Positions 10,322 through 19,788 of a stretch of DNA of 64,000 nucleotides are shown one piece after another. Where the stretch lies: positions 97,630 through 161,629 of the forward strand of contig JAZQOF010000036.1 in assembly GCA_045627785.1 (NCBI GenBank). Reading direction: 5' to 3'. The position numbers and the translations under genes are program-made. The notes beneath the pieces are model-generated. The model was not told the origin of the DNA, made no database searches, and was given only the letters and a program-made list of their open reading frames with translations. This DNA comes from Bacteroidales bacterium (GTDB taxonomy: Bacteria; Bacteroidota; Bacteroidia; Bacteroidales; UBA3663). Within the stretch, counting starts at the first letter, position 1. Each line of letters starts with the position of its first letter.

Positions 10322-13300
10322 ATGAATATGAAATATTTCCTTCCAGGCACAATGGCCATCTTCCTGATGGCTTCATGTGCCGACGAATTCAATCCTGAAT
10401 ATGAGGTAGAACAGCCTGTCGATGTTGCGAAGATTGCAGAATTGGCAGAGTTCAAGCCTCTAAAGGAGTATATCGATCGTAGTGCTCACCCGACGATGAA
10501 GTTGGGCGCTGCACTCGACGTCAAGGAATTCAACAAGAAACTTACTGTTTATAATGTTGCAGTAACAAACTTCGACGAAGTTGTTGCAGGCAATGCAATG
10601 AAGTTCGCTTCTTGTGTGGATTCTAAGGGTAAAATGGACTTCTCTGCAGTCGAGACATTTGTTGATGATGCAAAAGAAGCAGGTCTTACAATTTTCGGTC
10701 ATACATTGGCATGGCACTCGCAACAGCAGCCTAAGTGGCTCAGCTCATTGGTTCCTGGCGGTTCCGGAGGATCTGGTGGCGGTGGCGTTGCTGAGACTAC
10801 AAAATGCGTAGTTGTAAGAGCAACCGATATGGTTGAGAATCCATGGGACAATCAGTTCTTCCTTAAGGCTACCAAGTCATTGAACGCAGGTGATGTGACA
10901 AAGATTTCTTTCCGTTATCGTGCAGATGTTGCTTGTACTTCAGCTGGTACTCAGTGTCACACTAACCCAAGTGAGTATATCCACTGGGCAGCTATCGGAA
11001 GCTTTAATTTCACAACAGAATGGCAAGAGTTTGAAGCTGACTTCACAATCCCAGCAGAATGTGATGGCAAGAACATGCAGACTATCGCATTCAACCTCAA
11101 CGATTATGCTTCGGCTAATAACTACTATTTCGACGATTTCAAGTGGACAATCAATGGAGAATCTCTTGTCGTAAATGGAGACTGTGAAGGAGACGATGTT
11201 TCTTGCTACTTCTCGACAGTTGGTAAGAATGGTCCAAATCCAGCAACAATCGAGACTTATACATCTGGTGGAGGTTCTGGTGGCGGCGGAGGTTCTGCTC
11301 CTGCTAGCAAGGTTCGTTGCTATGTTGTTCATGCGACAGACATGGTTGCAGATCCATGGGACAATCAGTTCTGGATTATGTCAAACCGCGTTCTTCAGGC
11401 AGGTGAGAAGACAAAACTCTCATTCCGTGCTAAAGCTGCAGAAGCTGCTTCTATCGGAACACAGAGCCATGCAGGTGCTGGTGAATATATTCACTGGGCA
11501 GCTATGGGTAGTGTGAACTTCTCGACAGAATGGCAGGATTTCGAGTGGGATTTCACTATTCCTGCAGAGTGCGATGGTAAGAACATGCAGTCAATTGCAT
11601 TCAACCTCAATGACTATGCTGATGCTAATGACTATTACATTGACGATGTGTCATGGACTTGCGGTGACGAACAGCTTGTAAGCAATGGCGATGCATCAAC
11701 AGACGATAAGTCTAGCTTCTTCTCTAAAGTTAGTCAGGGCGCTCCTGGTCCTTGCCCAATCGAAGAGTTTACAGAAGGCGGAGGCGGTTCAACTGTAGTT
11801 CGTGCAATTGCAGTTCATGCAACCGATATGGTTTCTGATCCATGGGATAATCAGTTCTGGATTGGTGCAAACCGTGTGCTCCAGGCTGGTGAGGTTACTA
11901 ATATCTCATTTACTTGCAAGGCGAAAAATGCTGCTTCTATCGGAACACAGAGCCATGCAGGTCCAGGCGCATACCTCCATTGGGCAGCAATCGGCAATGT
12001 GAACTTCTCTACAGAGTGGACTGATTTTGAAACAAGCTTCACTATTCCTGCAGAGTGTGATGGAAAGGATATGCAGACAATCGCATTCAACTTGAACGAT
12101 TATGCTGATGCCAACGATTATTACTTCTGCAACTTCAAGTGGACTTGTGGTGATGAGAATCTCCTTGTAAACGGCGATTTGAACTCTGATGACACTTCAA
12201 GCTTCTTCACAAAAATCAGTCAGGGTAGTGTAACTAACTCTGCAATCGAAGAGGTTGTTGAACAGCAGGGCGGCGGAAGTGTTATTGAGGTAACAAAGAC
12301 GTATCGTGTTATTGAGGTTAAGGCTGGTGCAATGGTTGAGAATCCATGGGATCACCAGTTCTTCCTTACAATCCCAGGTGAGACATTCGAGGCTGGCAAG
12401 GAGTTCACTGTCAAGATGACTATCAAGGCAGATAAGCCTGCAAGTCCTGGCACACAGGCTCACGCAGGTCCTGGTGAGTACATTCACTGGGCAGCTATCG
12501 GTAATCCTCAGTTCACAACTAAGTGGACAGACTTTGAGTGGACAGGCACAGTTCCAGCAGAGTGCGCAGGCAAGGGTATGCACACAATCGCATTCAACTT
12601 GAATGATTACGCTGATGAGAATACATATTATTTCCGTGATCTCTCATGGGTATGCGATGGTAAGGAATATGTAGTCAATGGTAACCTTGCTACCGACGAT
12701 GCCACAAACTTCGTAACTGCAACATACGGAAAGGGTCAGAGCCCATCAACAATCAAGGAAATCACTGAGACAACATATGAAGAGGAAACTCCAATGTCTC
12801 CAGAAGAGAAGAAGATGATCCTTACAAATGTTCTTGATCAGTGGATCGGTGGTATGATGGATGCTACTCAGGGTTATGTAACAGCTTGGGATGTTGTCAA
12901 TGAAGCAATCTCTGGTGGCGGTAATGTTGATGGTCGTTATGACTTGCAGCATGCTGATCCTTCAAATCCAGATGACGCTAAGAACAATTTCTACTGGCAG
13001 GATTACCTCGGTAATGAGGATTATGTCCGTATCGTAGTTGGTCTTGCTCGCAAGCACTTCGAACGTCAGGAGAACAAGGCTGGTGACTTGAAACTCTTCA
13101 TCAACGACTACAACCTTGAGTCTTGGTGGGATGACAACAAGAAACTTGAATCTCTTATCGGCTGGATCAAGGTTTGGGAGTCTGATGGTGAGACTAAGAT
13201 CGATGGTATCGGTTCTCAGATGCACGTTAGCTACTACGAGAATGCTACTACTCAGGCTGATCTTGAGAAGCATATCGTTAAGATGCTTGAAATGATGGCT

Positions 13301-13606
13301 AAGTCTGGTAAGCTCTGCCGTATCTCCGAGCTCGATATGGGTTATGTCAAGGCTGATGGTTCTTCTGCTACTCTCGCAGAAATGACTCCTGAAATGGAGA
13401 AGCAGATGGAAAGCTTCTACAAATGGATCATTGAGCAGTATATGACTATCATTCCAGAACCACAGAAGTACGGCATCACTCAGTGGTGTTTGACTGACAG
13501 CCCAGCTGGTTCAGGATGGCGTGCTGACAGCCCTGTAGGTATCTGGGATACTAACTGGTACCGTAAGTATGTTTACCGTGGTTGGACAGAAGGTTTGACA
13601 AAGTAA
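10322..13606 (+). CDS. xyn10C: GH10 endo-1,4-beta-xylanase lipoprotein (Xyn10C type) with four inserted CBM4-like modules
   Basis: Lipobox MASC. N-half of barrel (GNAMK, GHTLAWHSQ) and C-half (WDVVNE acid/base, LFINDYN, IDGIGSQMH, ISELD nucleophile) are separated by four PWD[N/H]QF repeats. Confidence 0.92.
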   Translation: MNMKYFLPGTMAIFLMASCADEFNPEYEVEQPVDVAKIAELAEFKPLKEYIDRSAHPTMKLGAALDVKEFNKKLTVYNVAVTNFDEVVAGNAMKFASCVDSKGKMDFSAVETFVDDAKEAGLTIFGHTLAWHSQQQPKWLSSLVPGGSGGSGGGGVAETTKCVVVRATDMVENPWDNQFFLKATKSLNAGDVTKISFRYRADVACTSAGTQCHTNPSEYIHWAAIGSFNFTTEWQEFEADFTIPAECDGKNMQTIAFNLNDYASANNYYFDDFKWTINGESLVVNGDCEGDDVSCYFSTVGKNGPNPATIETYTSGGGSGGGGGSAPASKVRCYVVHATDMVADPWDNQFWIMSNRVLQAGEKTKLSFRAKAAEAASIGTQSHAGAGEYIHWAAMGSVNFSTEWQDFEWDFTIPAECDGKNMQSIAFNLNDYADANDYYIDDVSWTCGDEQLVSNGDASTDDKSSFFSKVSQGAPGPCPIEEFTEGGGGSTVVRAIAVHATDMVSDPWDNQFWIGANRVLQAGEVTNISFTCKAKNAASIGTQSHAGPGAYLHWAAIGNVNFSTEWTDFETSFTIPAECDGKDMQTIAFNLNDYADANDYYFCNFKWTCGDENLLVNGDLNSDDTSSFFTKISQGSVTNSAIEEVVEQQGGGSVIEVTKTYRVIEVKAGAMVENPWDHQFFLTIPGETFEAGKEFTVKMTIKADKPASPGTQAHAGPGEYIHWAAIGNPQFTTKWTDFEWTGTVPAECAGKGMHTIAFNLNDYADENTYYFRDLSWVCDGKEYVVNGNLATDDATNFVTATYGKGQSPSTIKEITETTYEEETPMSPEEKKMILTNVLDQWIGGMMDATQGYVTAWDVVNEAISGGGNVDGRYDLQHADPSNPDDAKNNFYWQDYLGNEDYVRIVVGLARKHFERQENKAGDLKLFINDYNLESWWDDNKKLESLIGWIKVWESDGETKIDGIGSQMHVSYYENATTQADLEKHIVKMLEMMAKSGKLCRISELDMGYVKADGSSATLAEMTPEMEKQMESFYKWIIEQYMTIIPEPQKYGITQWCLTDSPAGSGWRADSPVGIWDTNWYRKYVYRGWTEGLTK
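10800..12760 (+). repeat. Four intragenic ~160-aa CBM4-like repeats joined by Gly-rich linkers (approximate bounds)
   Basis: MVxxPWD[N/H]QF...HWAA[I/M]G...PAECxGKxM..IAFNLNDYA recurs four times. A 33-nt exact DNA match lies at 11444-11476 and 11930-11962. Confidence 0.9.
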
Positions 13607-13631
13607 TCCTATTCTGTCGACGATAATAAAT

Positions 13632-13670
13632 CAAAAACGGACGTTTCTTCGGAGACGTCCGTTTTTGTTT
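13632..13670 (+). terminator. Intrinsic (probably bidirectional) terminator of the xylan locus
   Basis: CAAAAACGGACGTTTC-TTCG-GAGACGTCCGTTTTTG: 16-bp stem with one G-U, C(UUCG)G loop and U-tract, just after the GH10 stop. Confidence 0.92.
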
Positions 13671-13695
13671 CGACACTTTTCTTGCACTCGGCTAC

Positions 13696-13821
13696 GATCG
13701 TTGGCATCAACACAATGCGCAAAGTGTTGATGTTGCCGACCGTTGACATCAACATTTGTAAATATTTGTTGATGTCGCCAATCGTTTGCGTCAACATCTG
13801 TAAATAAATGTTGATGTCGTA
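13696..13821. repeat. Three tandem 42-bp units, each an inverted repeat CRTCAACA-N12-TGTTGATG
   Basis: Units at 13696-13737, 13738-13779 and 13780-13821, bracketed by GCTACGA (13691-13697) and TCGTAGC (13817-13823). Confidence 0.88.
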
Positions 13822-13954
13822 GCTCGTCGAAAACACCAAAAGATTTGTAGTGCTAATATCGACGAAAAGATATTTCAACAATAAGGTTCGTGGAGACTAA
13901 TCGGAGAGAGAAAATGGTATTTCGGCATTCCCTTTGTTCTTTCCGACGATATTA

Positions 13955-13986
13955 TTTGTAATTTTGATAAAAAAAGAGTAATTTTG
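13955..13986 (+). promoter_or_regulatory. Bacteroidetes sigmaA promoter (-33/-7)
   Basis: TTTG at 13955-13958, 20-nt spacer, TAATTTTG at 13979-13986, matching TTTG-N19-21-TAnnTTTG. Confidence 0.75.
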
Positions 13987-14027
13987 TGCGTTTGGAAATT
14001 ATCATTACTTTACTGAATACAACGAAT

Positions 14028-14987
14028 ATGAAGAACCTGTTTTTAGTTTTGGTGGCAATCTGTTCAGTTAGTCTTTCTTCTGCACAGAATCTGAAATTCG
14101 GAAAACCATCGCAGATGGATTGGACTATGGTAGGATGGAGCGAGGCTCCCGATGCAGAGGCTGTAGTGCTTTGCAAAACTCTCAAGACTACTTATGAACT
14201 TGTAGGAAGCTACTCCGCTTATGACAATTCTACTTCAGAGTTAAGCATGGATAACTATGCCAACAGCGGAATGAATAAATTTATCAATGAGGGAAACACC
14301 ACAATGACCTATGAGGTCAAGATGCGTACAAAAATCCTCAAGGATAGTGGTACTGGTTATGCCAATATCGACATCGTTTATTTTGATGACGAGAAGGTAA
14401 AGGCCGCCTATGACGAATTCAAGAACTTCAGCGTTGTGGTTTTCAAGAACGAAAATGGCAAGGTAAAGAAAATCAAGCAAGGTAAGGAAATCTTCAAGGA
14501 TGAGAGATTGAACGAGAACTACAAGGTGAGACATGTTGTTGTGCCGGATGTTAAGGCAGGTGATATCATCGAATACCAGTACGATCTCTACAGCAAGCGC
14601 GTGACATTCCTGTATGACTGGCAGGTTCAGGAAGATAAGATTCCTGTGATGTATTCATTGTGCGATATGGATATTCCATTGTTCTTGCAGTTCAATATGC
14701 AGGTTCCAAAACATCCTTTCGTAAAGTCAAAGGTAGAGGAAGGTCTGTTGTTCTTGCCACAAGAGGGCGCTGATCTGCAGGCACCAAAGCGTTGCAAGAC
14801 AAATCACTACACGATCGAAGTAAAGGATATGCTTCCACGAGAGCTTGATCTGCAGAGAAATCAGGATAAGGCTCAGGTCGCACAAGTCGAAGGAACAGGC
14901 AAGATCCAGGCACGAATCAATGTCCCATACATTGAAAAGCCTGTCGATATGCCAGCGGGCAAGTATCATATTATGGTTAATCCATAA
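14028..14987 (+). CDS. Secreted DUF3857-like domain protein (no transglutaminase domain seen)
   Basis: ATG 14028 gives signal peptide MKNLFLVLVAICSVSLSSAQ. Motifs KFGK, PDAEAVVL, RTKIL, PDVKAGDIIEYQY, WQVQ..IPV. Confidence 0.75.
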   Translation: MKNLFLVLVAICSVSLSSAQNLKFGKPSQMDWTMVGWSEAPDAEAVVLCKTLKTTYELVGSYSAYDNSTSELSMDNYANSGMNKFINEGNTTMTYEVKMRTKILKDSGTGYANIDIVYFDDEKVKAAYDEFKNFSVVVFKNENGKVKKIKQGKEIFKDERLNENYKVRHVVVPDVKAGDIIEYQYDLYSKRVTFLYDWQVQEDKIPVMYSLCDMDIPLFLQFNMQVPKHPFVKSKVEEGLLFLPQEGADLQAPKRCKTNHYTIEVKDMLPRELDLQRNQDKAQVAQVEGTGKIQARINVPYIEKPVDMPAGKYHIMVNP

Positions 14988-14989
14988 GA

Positions 14990-16777
14990 ATGAAACCGGT
15001 AAGGACTATATATTTGAGATGGTTGCCGGCAATAATCTTTTGCCTGGCAATCGCTTTGTATATCTTGGTGACATATTACCAGGATATGATCTATACAGCA
15101 CATTTGCGCACGCCGTTCATTGGAGGAAGTCTTTTCTTCAATGAATTGATGTCGTCTCCTTTCGGTATGATGCAATGGGTCGGCTGTTGGCTTACTCAAT
15201 TCTGTTACCATCCATTGCTTGCAATTGCCATCTATGTTGGAATTTGGCTTGCAACATATTTCTTTGCAGACAAAAGTTTTGCGTTGCCTGTCAAATGGGT
15301 GTCTTTGCAGATAATACCATTAGGCTGTCTGCTTCTTAGCATTGTGGATCTTGGTTACTGGATCTATTGCATGACAGAATATGGCTATTGGTTTTCTCAT
15401 TCATTAGGTTGCCTTTTGATGTTTTTATTACTATTTGTCATTAAACGTGCAATCAAGAGATATGGAAATATTGCAGGAGTAAGTTCCTTGGCATTTATCC
15501 TATTGCTTTATCCTGTTCTTGGCTGGTACTGCATTCTTCTTGCTTTGTTGATGACAATAATGGAATGGCAGACGCAGAAATATTGGTTATTGGTATGTCT
15601 GGCGCCAATGTTGTGGTCGTTTGTCGCTTATGACACGATATCGACTCGAGATCTTTGGTTGAGCGGTTTCCCGATATTCGAAGATGGCGGAAAGATATGC
15701 GACAGGGTCTCAATACCATTCTATGTATTGGCTGTTTCTTCGTTGTTGCTTGCCGTTGTTTCTTCTTTTTACAAAGACCGTCAGAAGGAAGAAGATGTAA
15801 GGAAAGTCACTATTCACAGCATTATTGCTACTTTCATAACATCCTTGCTTGTCTTTGTCGGTGTTTGGCAGATGATGTTCAAGGACTACAACTATCTTGC
15901 GGAGATGCGAATGTCGCAATGCGCGATGAATGAAGATTGGACAGGCGTGTTGCAGGAAGCCCAGAAACAGCAGTCGCCAAGTCATAGTATGGTATTGCTA
16001 AAGAATCTGGCATTGGTGAATACTGGAGGACTTGGAGAATATGGATTTAAGTTTACAAGTAACGGAACAGATATAAAGAATCCAGACGGATTGAATATCG
16101 GTCCGATACAGATTGCCGGCCCGATAGTTTATGCGAATTATGGTAAGATTAACTATGCAACACGATGGTCTCAGGAATTTGCCGTCTGCTATGGTTATTC
16201 GCCTTATTATCTGATGCATCTTGCAAGAACTGCTAAGGCAAAAGGTGAGAGATCTGTTGAAAATAAATATCTGACACTTTTGCATAGCCATAAGTACTAC
16301 GAAAATTGGTTGCCTGCAGCGTATTCTCCATTGGCAAAAGAGATAGAGAGAACTTATGGAAATGTGATAGATTCGGATAATAATAATATGGAGTATTATC
16401 TGATGGATACATTCAGCCAGTCTTACGGCTCGGACAATGAGATTGTGCTTGAATTAAGTCTGTTTAACGCAATGCTCATTAGAGATCCGGAACGATTCTG
16501 GAATGCTTTTGTCGGCTATGCTCAGACCATTCCGGGAAAGGTATTGCCTCAGCATTATCAGGAAGCTTATTTCTTGTTTATGGAAGCTGCTCCTGTTGAA
16601 TTGCCGGTACATGTCAGTGTTTCAAATGGTATGGCAGAAGCCTATACTTCGTTCCGCAGACAGTATGACTCATTAAGTCAATTAGGTTATAACAAAGAAA
16701 TGATGGCAAAAGCTCTACAGGTTAATTGGGGAGGATCATATTGGTGGCACTATTTCTTTGGAAAGAAAATGTCTTGA
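14990..16777 (+). CDS. Polytopic membrane protein, DUF6057-like (copy 1)
   Basis: About 10 N-terminal hydrophobic segments (WLTQF, DLGYWIY), then a helical soluble domain with W..VL, NLAL...G.L, YQEAY and C-terminal SYWWHYFF. Confidence 0.78.
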   Translation: MKPVRTIYLRWLPAIIFCLAIALYILVTYYQDMIYTAHLRTPFIGGSLFFNELMSSPFGMMQWVGCWLTQFCYHPLLAIAIYVGIWLATYFFADKSFALPVKWVSLQIIPLGCLLLSIVDLGYWIYCMTEYGYWFSHSLGCLLMFLLLFVIKRAIKRYGNIAGVSSLAFILLLYPVLGWYCILLALLMTIMEWQTQKYWLLVCLAPMLWSFVAYDTISTRDLWLSGFPIFEDGGKICDRVSIPFYVLAVSSLLLAVVSSFYKDRQKEEDVRKVTIHSIIATFITSLLVFVGVWQMMFKDYNYLAEMRMSQCAMNEDWTGVLQEAQKQQSPSHSMVLLKNLALVNTGGLGEYGFKFTSNGTDIKNPDGLNIGPIQIAGPIVYANYGKINYATRWSQEFAVCYGYSPYYLMHLARTAKAKGERSVENKYLTLLHSHKYYENWLPAAYSPLAKEIERTYGNVIDSDNNNMEYYLMDTFSQSYGSDNEIVLELSLFNAMLIRDPERFWNAFVGYAQTIPGKVLPQHYQEAYFLFMEAAPVELPVHVSVSNGMAEAYTSFRRQYDSLSQLGYNKEMMAKALQVNWGGSYWWHYFFGKKMS

Positions 16778-16780
16778 TAG

Positions 16781-18226
16781 ATGAAACATATTATATACAT
16801 ATTGTTGTCGATATTATTACTGTCGTGCACGACTCGTCCGGATCTGCCGAAAGAGTATGTGCAACTGGAAGCATACCCTTTTATATTCCCGGATTATACT
16901 GATGTGACAATTCCTTCAAATATTGCACCACTGAACTTTATGTCGAGCGATAGTGTTAGCGGAGGAATTGTGGCAGAATTCGTTTCAGCGAATGGCAAGC
17001 ATTATACATATGGCAAGGATAAGATTGTGCAGATTCCTCAAGATGAATGGGAAGAAATGCGGAATGCTTCGATTGGGAAGGATATTGATGTGACTGTATA
17101 TAGTATCCATAGAAAAACCGGGCAATGGGCTCAGTTCAAGACATTCAAGATTCATGTGGCTCCTGATGACATTGATCCGTATATTTCTTATCGACTGATT
17201 GCTCCTGGATATATGTTATACAATAAGATGTGTATAGCACAAAGGACGATGACTTCGTTTGAGGAGACGGAGATCTATAACAACCAGGTATCGGGCGCAG
17301 GAGGTAAAGGACAATGTATTAATTGTCACAGTTATCAGAACTATGGCACGGAAAATATGCTGTTTCATGTTCGTGTTACTGACGGCGGAACGGTTATCGT
17401 TGTTGACGGAAAACCTCGTAAGGTTGACTTGAAAAGACCAAATACAATCAGTGCAGGAGTATATCCGTCTTGGCATCCGACAGAAAAACTGATTGCATTT
17501 TCAACAGATAAGACCGCTCAGTGGTTTCATATTTCGGATGTGAATAAGGTTGAGGTTTTTGACAGTGCCAGCGATCTGATACTTTATTCTGTAGAAAAGG
17601 ATTCTGTGATGATCATTGCTAACGATCCGTCTCGTCTGGAAGTTTTTCCAACGTGGACTCCTTCTGGAGATTATCTTTATTATTGTTCTGCTGACTCTTG
17701 GGAGAACGACAGCGCAGATTTTCGTGTAGATTATGATAAATTGCGTTATAATCTGTATAGGAAAAGTTTCGATATCAAGTCTTTGACTTTTGGCGAAGAA
17801 GAACTCGTTTATGCTGCTGATAGTTTAGGTCGAAGTGTGAGTTTGCCTCGTGTTAGTCCGGATGGAAAACATATTGCTATGGCAGAAGGCGGGTATGGTT
17901 ATTTTAATATCTGGCATCATGATGCAGATATTAAGGTGCTTGGTGTAGATGCTTCTGGAATCAATAGCGTCGGATATGCGGAAAGTTATCCGTCTTGGTC
18001 GAGCAACGGCAAATGGCTGATGTGCGCAAGTCGTAGGGATGATGGAAATTATAGCCGTGTGTATATTTCCTATTTTGATGGAGATAGTGTATATAAAGCG
18101 TTTGAATTGCCTCAAGAGGATCCTCGGCATAATATGTTGCGATTGAACAGTTATAACCGGCCAGAGTTTATGAAAGAGGCTGTGAAGGTTTCTGTTAAGG
18201 AATTTGCAAATGTCGTAAAAGAGTAA
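16781..18226 (+). CDS. TolB/PD40 beta-propeller lipoprotein with CxxCH motif (copy 1)
   Basis: Lipobox LLSC, FPDYTDVTIPSNIAPLNF, CINCH at 17315-17329, PD40-type repeats (YPSWHP, FPTWTPSG, PRVSPDG, YPSWSSNG). Confidence 0.82.
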   Translation: MKHIIYILLSILLLSCTTRPDLPKEYVQLEAYPFIFPDYTDVTIPSNIAPLNFMSSDSVSGGIVAEFVSANGKHYTYGKDKIVQIPQDEWEEMRNASIGKDIDVTVYSIHRKTGQWAQFKTFKIHVAPDDIDPYISYRLIAPGYMLYNKMCIAQRTMTSFEETEIYNNQVSGAGGKGQCINCHSYQNYGTENMLFHVRVTDGGTVIVVDGKPRKVDLKRPNTISAGVYPSWHPTEKLIAFSTDKTAQWFHISDVNKVEVFDSASDLILYSVEKDSVMIIANDPSRLEVFPTWTPSGDYLYYCSADSWENDSADFRVDYDKLRYNLYRKSFDIKSLTFGEEELVYAADSLGRSVSLPRVSPDGKHIAMAEGGYGYFNIWHHDADIKVLGVDASGINSVGYAESYPSWSSNGKWLMCASRRDDGNYSRVYISYFDGDSVYKAFELPQEDPRHNMLRLNSYNRPEFMKEAVKVSVKEFANVVKE

Positions 18227-18229
18227 AAG

Positions 18230-19774
18230 ATGACTTTGGCAAAGGACCGGATATATTGGAGTGTATCTGCTGTCGTGATCGTTACAGCTTTGCTTTTGTA
18301 TTTTTTGCAAGAGTACAGGCTTTATGCAAAAGAGGCGGAACATCTCTGGTTGAATGATTGGCTTTGGATAAAACAGCAGTTGAATCGTCCTGGTACTTTT
18401 GCACAGGTTTGTACCTCTTTCCTGACGCAGTTTTTCCAGTTCGCTCTTATAGGACCTATAGTATTGAGCTTACTCTTTGGTTTTGTCTTTTTGATTTGCA
18501 GGAATATAGGGAAACAATTTGGAATAAGTGACAGTTTGATTTCATTCTGGCTGCTACCATTAGTGTTCATGTTTCTTTGCAATGAGAATTCATATTTTAA
18601 CCTGACCGGACATTTCGCTTTTGCATTGTCCTTAGCTTTTGTTTTGATATACATAAGAATACGTGTGGCAAGTGCTTTGGCATTAAAGATAAACCTGATA
18701 CTTAGTCCGATAATTATCGTTATAACTTATGTATTGTCTGGGTCTGTCGCTTTGGTCACAGCAGTTGTTGTTGGGCTATATGAATTGCTGAAGAAAAAGA
18801 ATTGGATGGGTATTATTGCTCCTGTTCTGTCATTTATTTTTTGTGCAGGAATCTCTGTGCGGATGAAATATTTCGTGGATATGGAAGAAGCGATTACACC
18901 TGCGCAGTATTATGAATGGCCTTCAACTTATTTCTTCCCATTATACGCTTGGATTTCTGTTCCACTCCTTCTGGTTTTAGGATATTTGTTGAATAAAGAT
19001 TATTCTGCCAAAGTTAGAAATTTCATATTTGTCGGAGGAATTGTTGTCTCAGCACTTTCATTTGTTAATATGTATGGCGCAGTGCATAATGAAAGAGTAT
19101 ACCAACTGCGAAAAGATGAATGGATGGCCAGGAATATGGACTGGAGAGGCATAATAGAGGCTCACAAAGGGAAGAAAGAACCTACTCCGTTTATCAGTTA
19201 TTTGAATCTTGCATTGGCTGAAGAAGGACTATTAGTGCAAAGGATGGGAGATTTCAATCCGTATATTGTGTGGTCGGAAGATGCAAATATGTTTTCTCCT
19301 GTCTTTATGACTAATGATGAGAATTCAAGAGAGTCTTTGAAGTTGCAGAGTTGTATTTTTATGCGGTGGGGCGGAAGCGCTCTAGCTAATGCTCAAAAGG
19401 CAGCGTTTGAAGCTAATTTGCTGACTCCAGGACATACGGATCCAACGGAGTTGCAGAGATTGATAGTTACAAATAGTTTGTTTGATACAGACAGAACTGC
19501 ACTGAAATATGCGAATCGGTTGGCGAGGACCACATTCTATAAAGATGCATATCCTTCTGGAGAACAATTGGAAGAACTGGAGGATGTGTTGAAACGAACA
19601 TTGCCAGCCGACGATTCTTTCTATATGAAGACACAAATTGGAAGGATGTTGCGTGATATTGCTTATCAGACACCTGATAATAAGATTGCAACGCAGTTCT
19701 ATGAAGCGTATCTGATTCAATCTCGGGATACAACAGCCTATAGGCATTGGAAAGAGTACAATCAAAGTCTGTAA
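18230..19774 (+). CDS. Polytopic membrane protein, DUF6057-like (copy 2, divergent)
   Basis: Same architecture as 14990-16777: FLTQFF, multiple TM segments, DWRGII, YLNLALAEEGLL. Confidence 0.72.
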   Translation: MTLAKDRIYWSVSAVVIVTALLLYFLQEYRLYAKEAEHLWLNDWLWIKQQLNRPGTFAQVCTSFLTQFFQFALIGPIVLSLLFGFVFLICRNIGKQFGISDSLISFWLLPLVFMFLCNENSYFNLTGHFAFALSLAFVLIYIRIRVASALALKINLILSPIIIVITYVLSGSVALVTAVVVGLYELLKKKNWMGIIAPVLSFIFCAGISVRMKYFVDMEEAITPAQYYEWPSTYFFPLYAWISVPLLLVLGYLLNKDYSAKVRNFIFVGGIVVSALSFVNMYGAVHNERVYQLRKDEWMARNMDWRGIIEAHKGKKEPTPFISYLNLALAEEGLLVQRMGDFNPYIVWSEDANMFSPVFMTNDENSRESLKLQSCIFMRWGGSALANAQKAAFEANLLTPGHTDPTELQRLIVTNSLFDTDRTALKYANRLARTTFYKDAYPSGEQLEELEDVLKRTLPADDSFYMKTQIGRMLRDIAYQTPDNKIATQFYEAYLIQSRDTTAYRHWKEYNQSL

Positions 19775-19788
19775 CATTTATATTTGCT

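Noticed and set aside
13696-13821. CRISPR array interpretation of the 42-bp repeats
   Set aside because: Units abut with no unique ~30-nt spacers, the loops of units 2 and 3 are similar to each other, and no cas genes are in the window.
13609-13881. 90-aa minus-strand ORF with a repeated INxYLQML motif
   Set aside because: The repeat follows from the 42-nt (14-codon) period. The ORF has a non-ATG start, crosses the terminator and resembles no family I recognise.
13618-13951. 8-bp direct repeat CGACGATA flanking the structured intergenic region, as a possible target-site duplication
   Set aside because: It is short, CGACGA recurs inside the region, there are no terminal inverted repeats or transposase, and the interval includes the host terminator.
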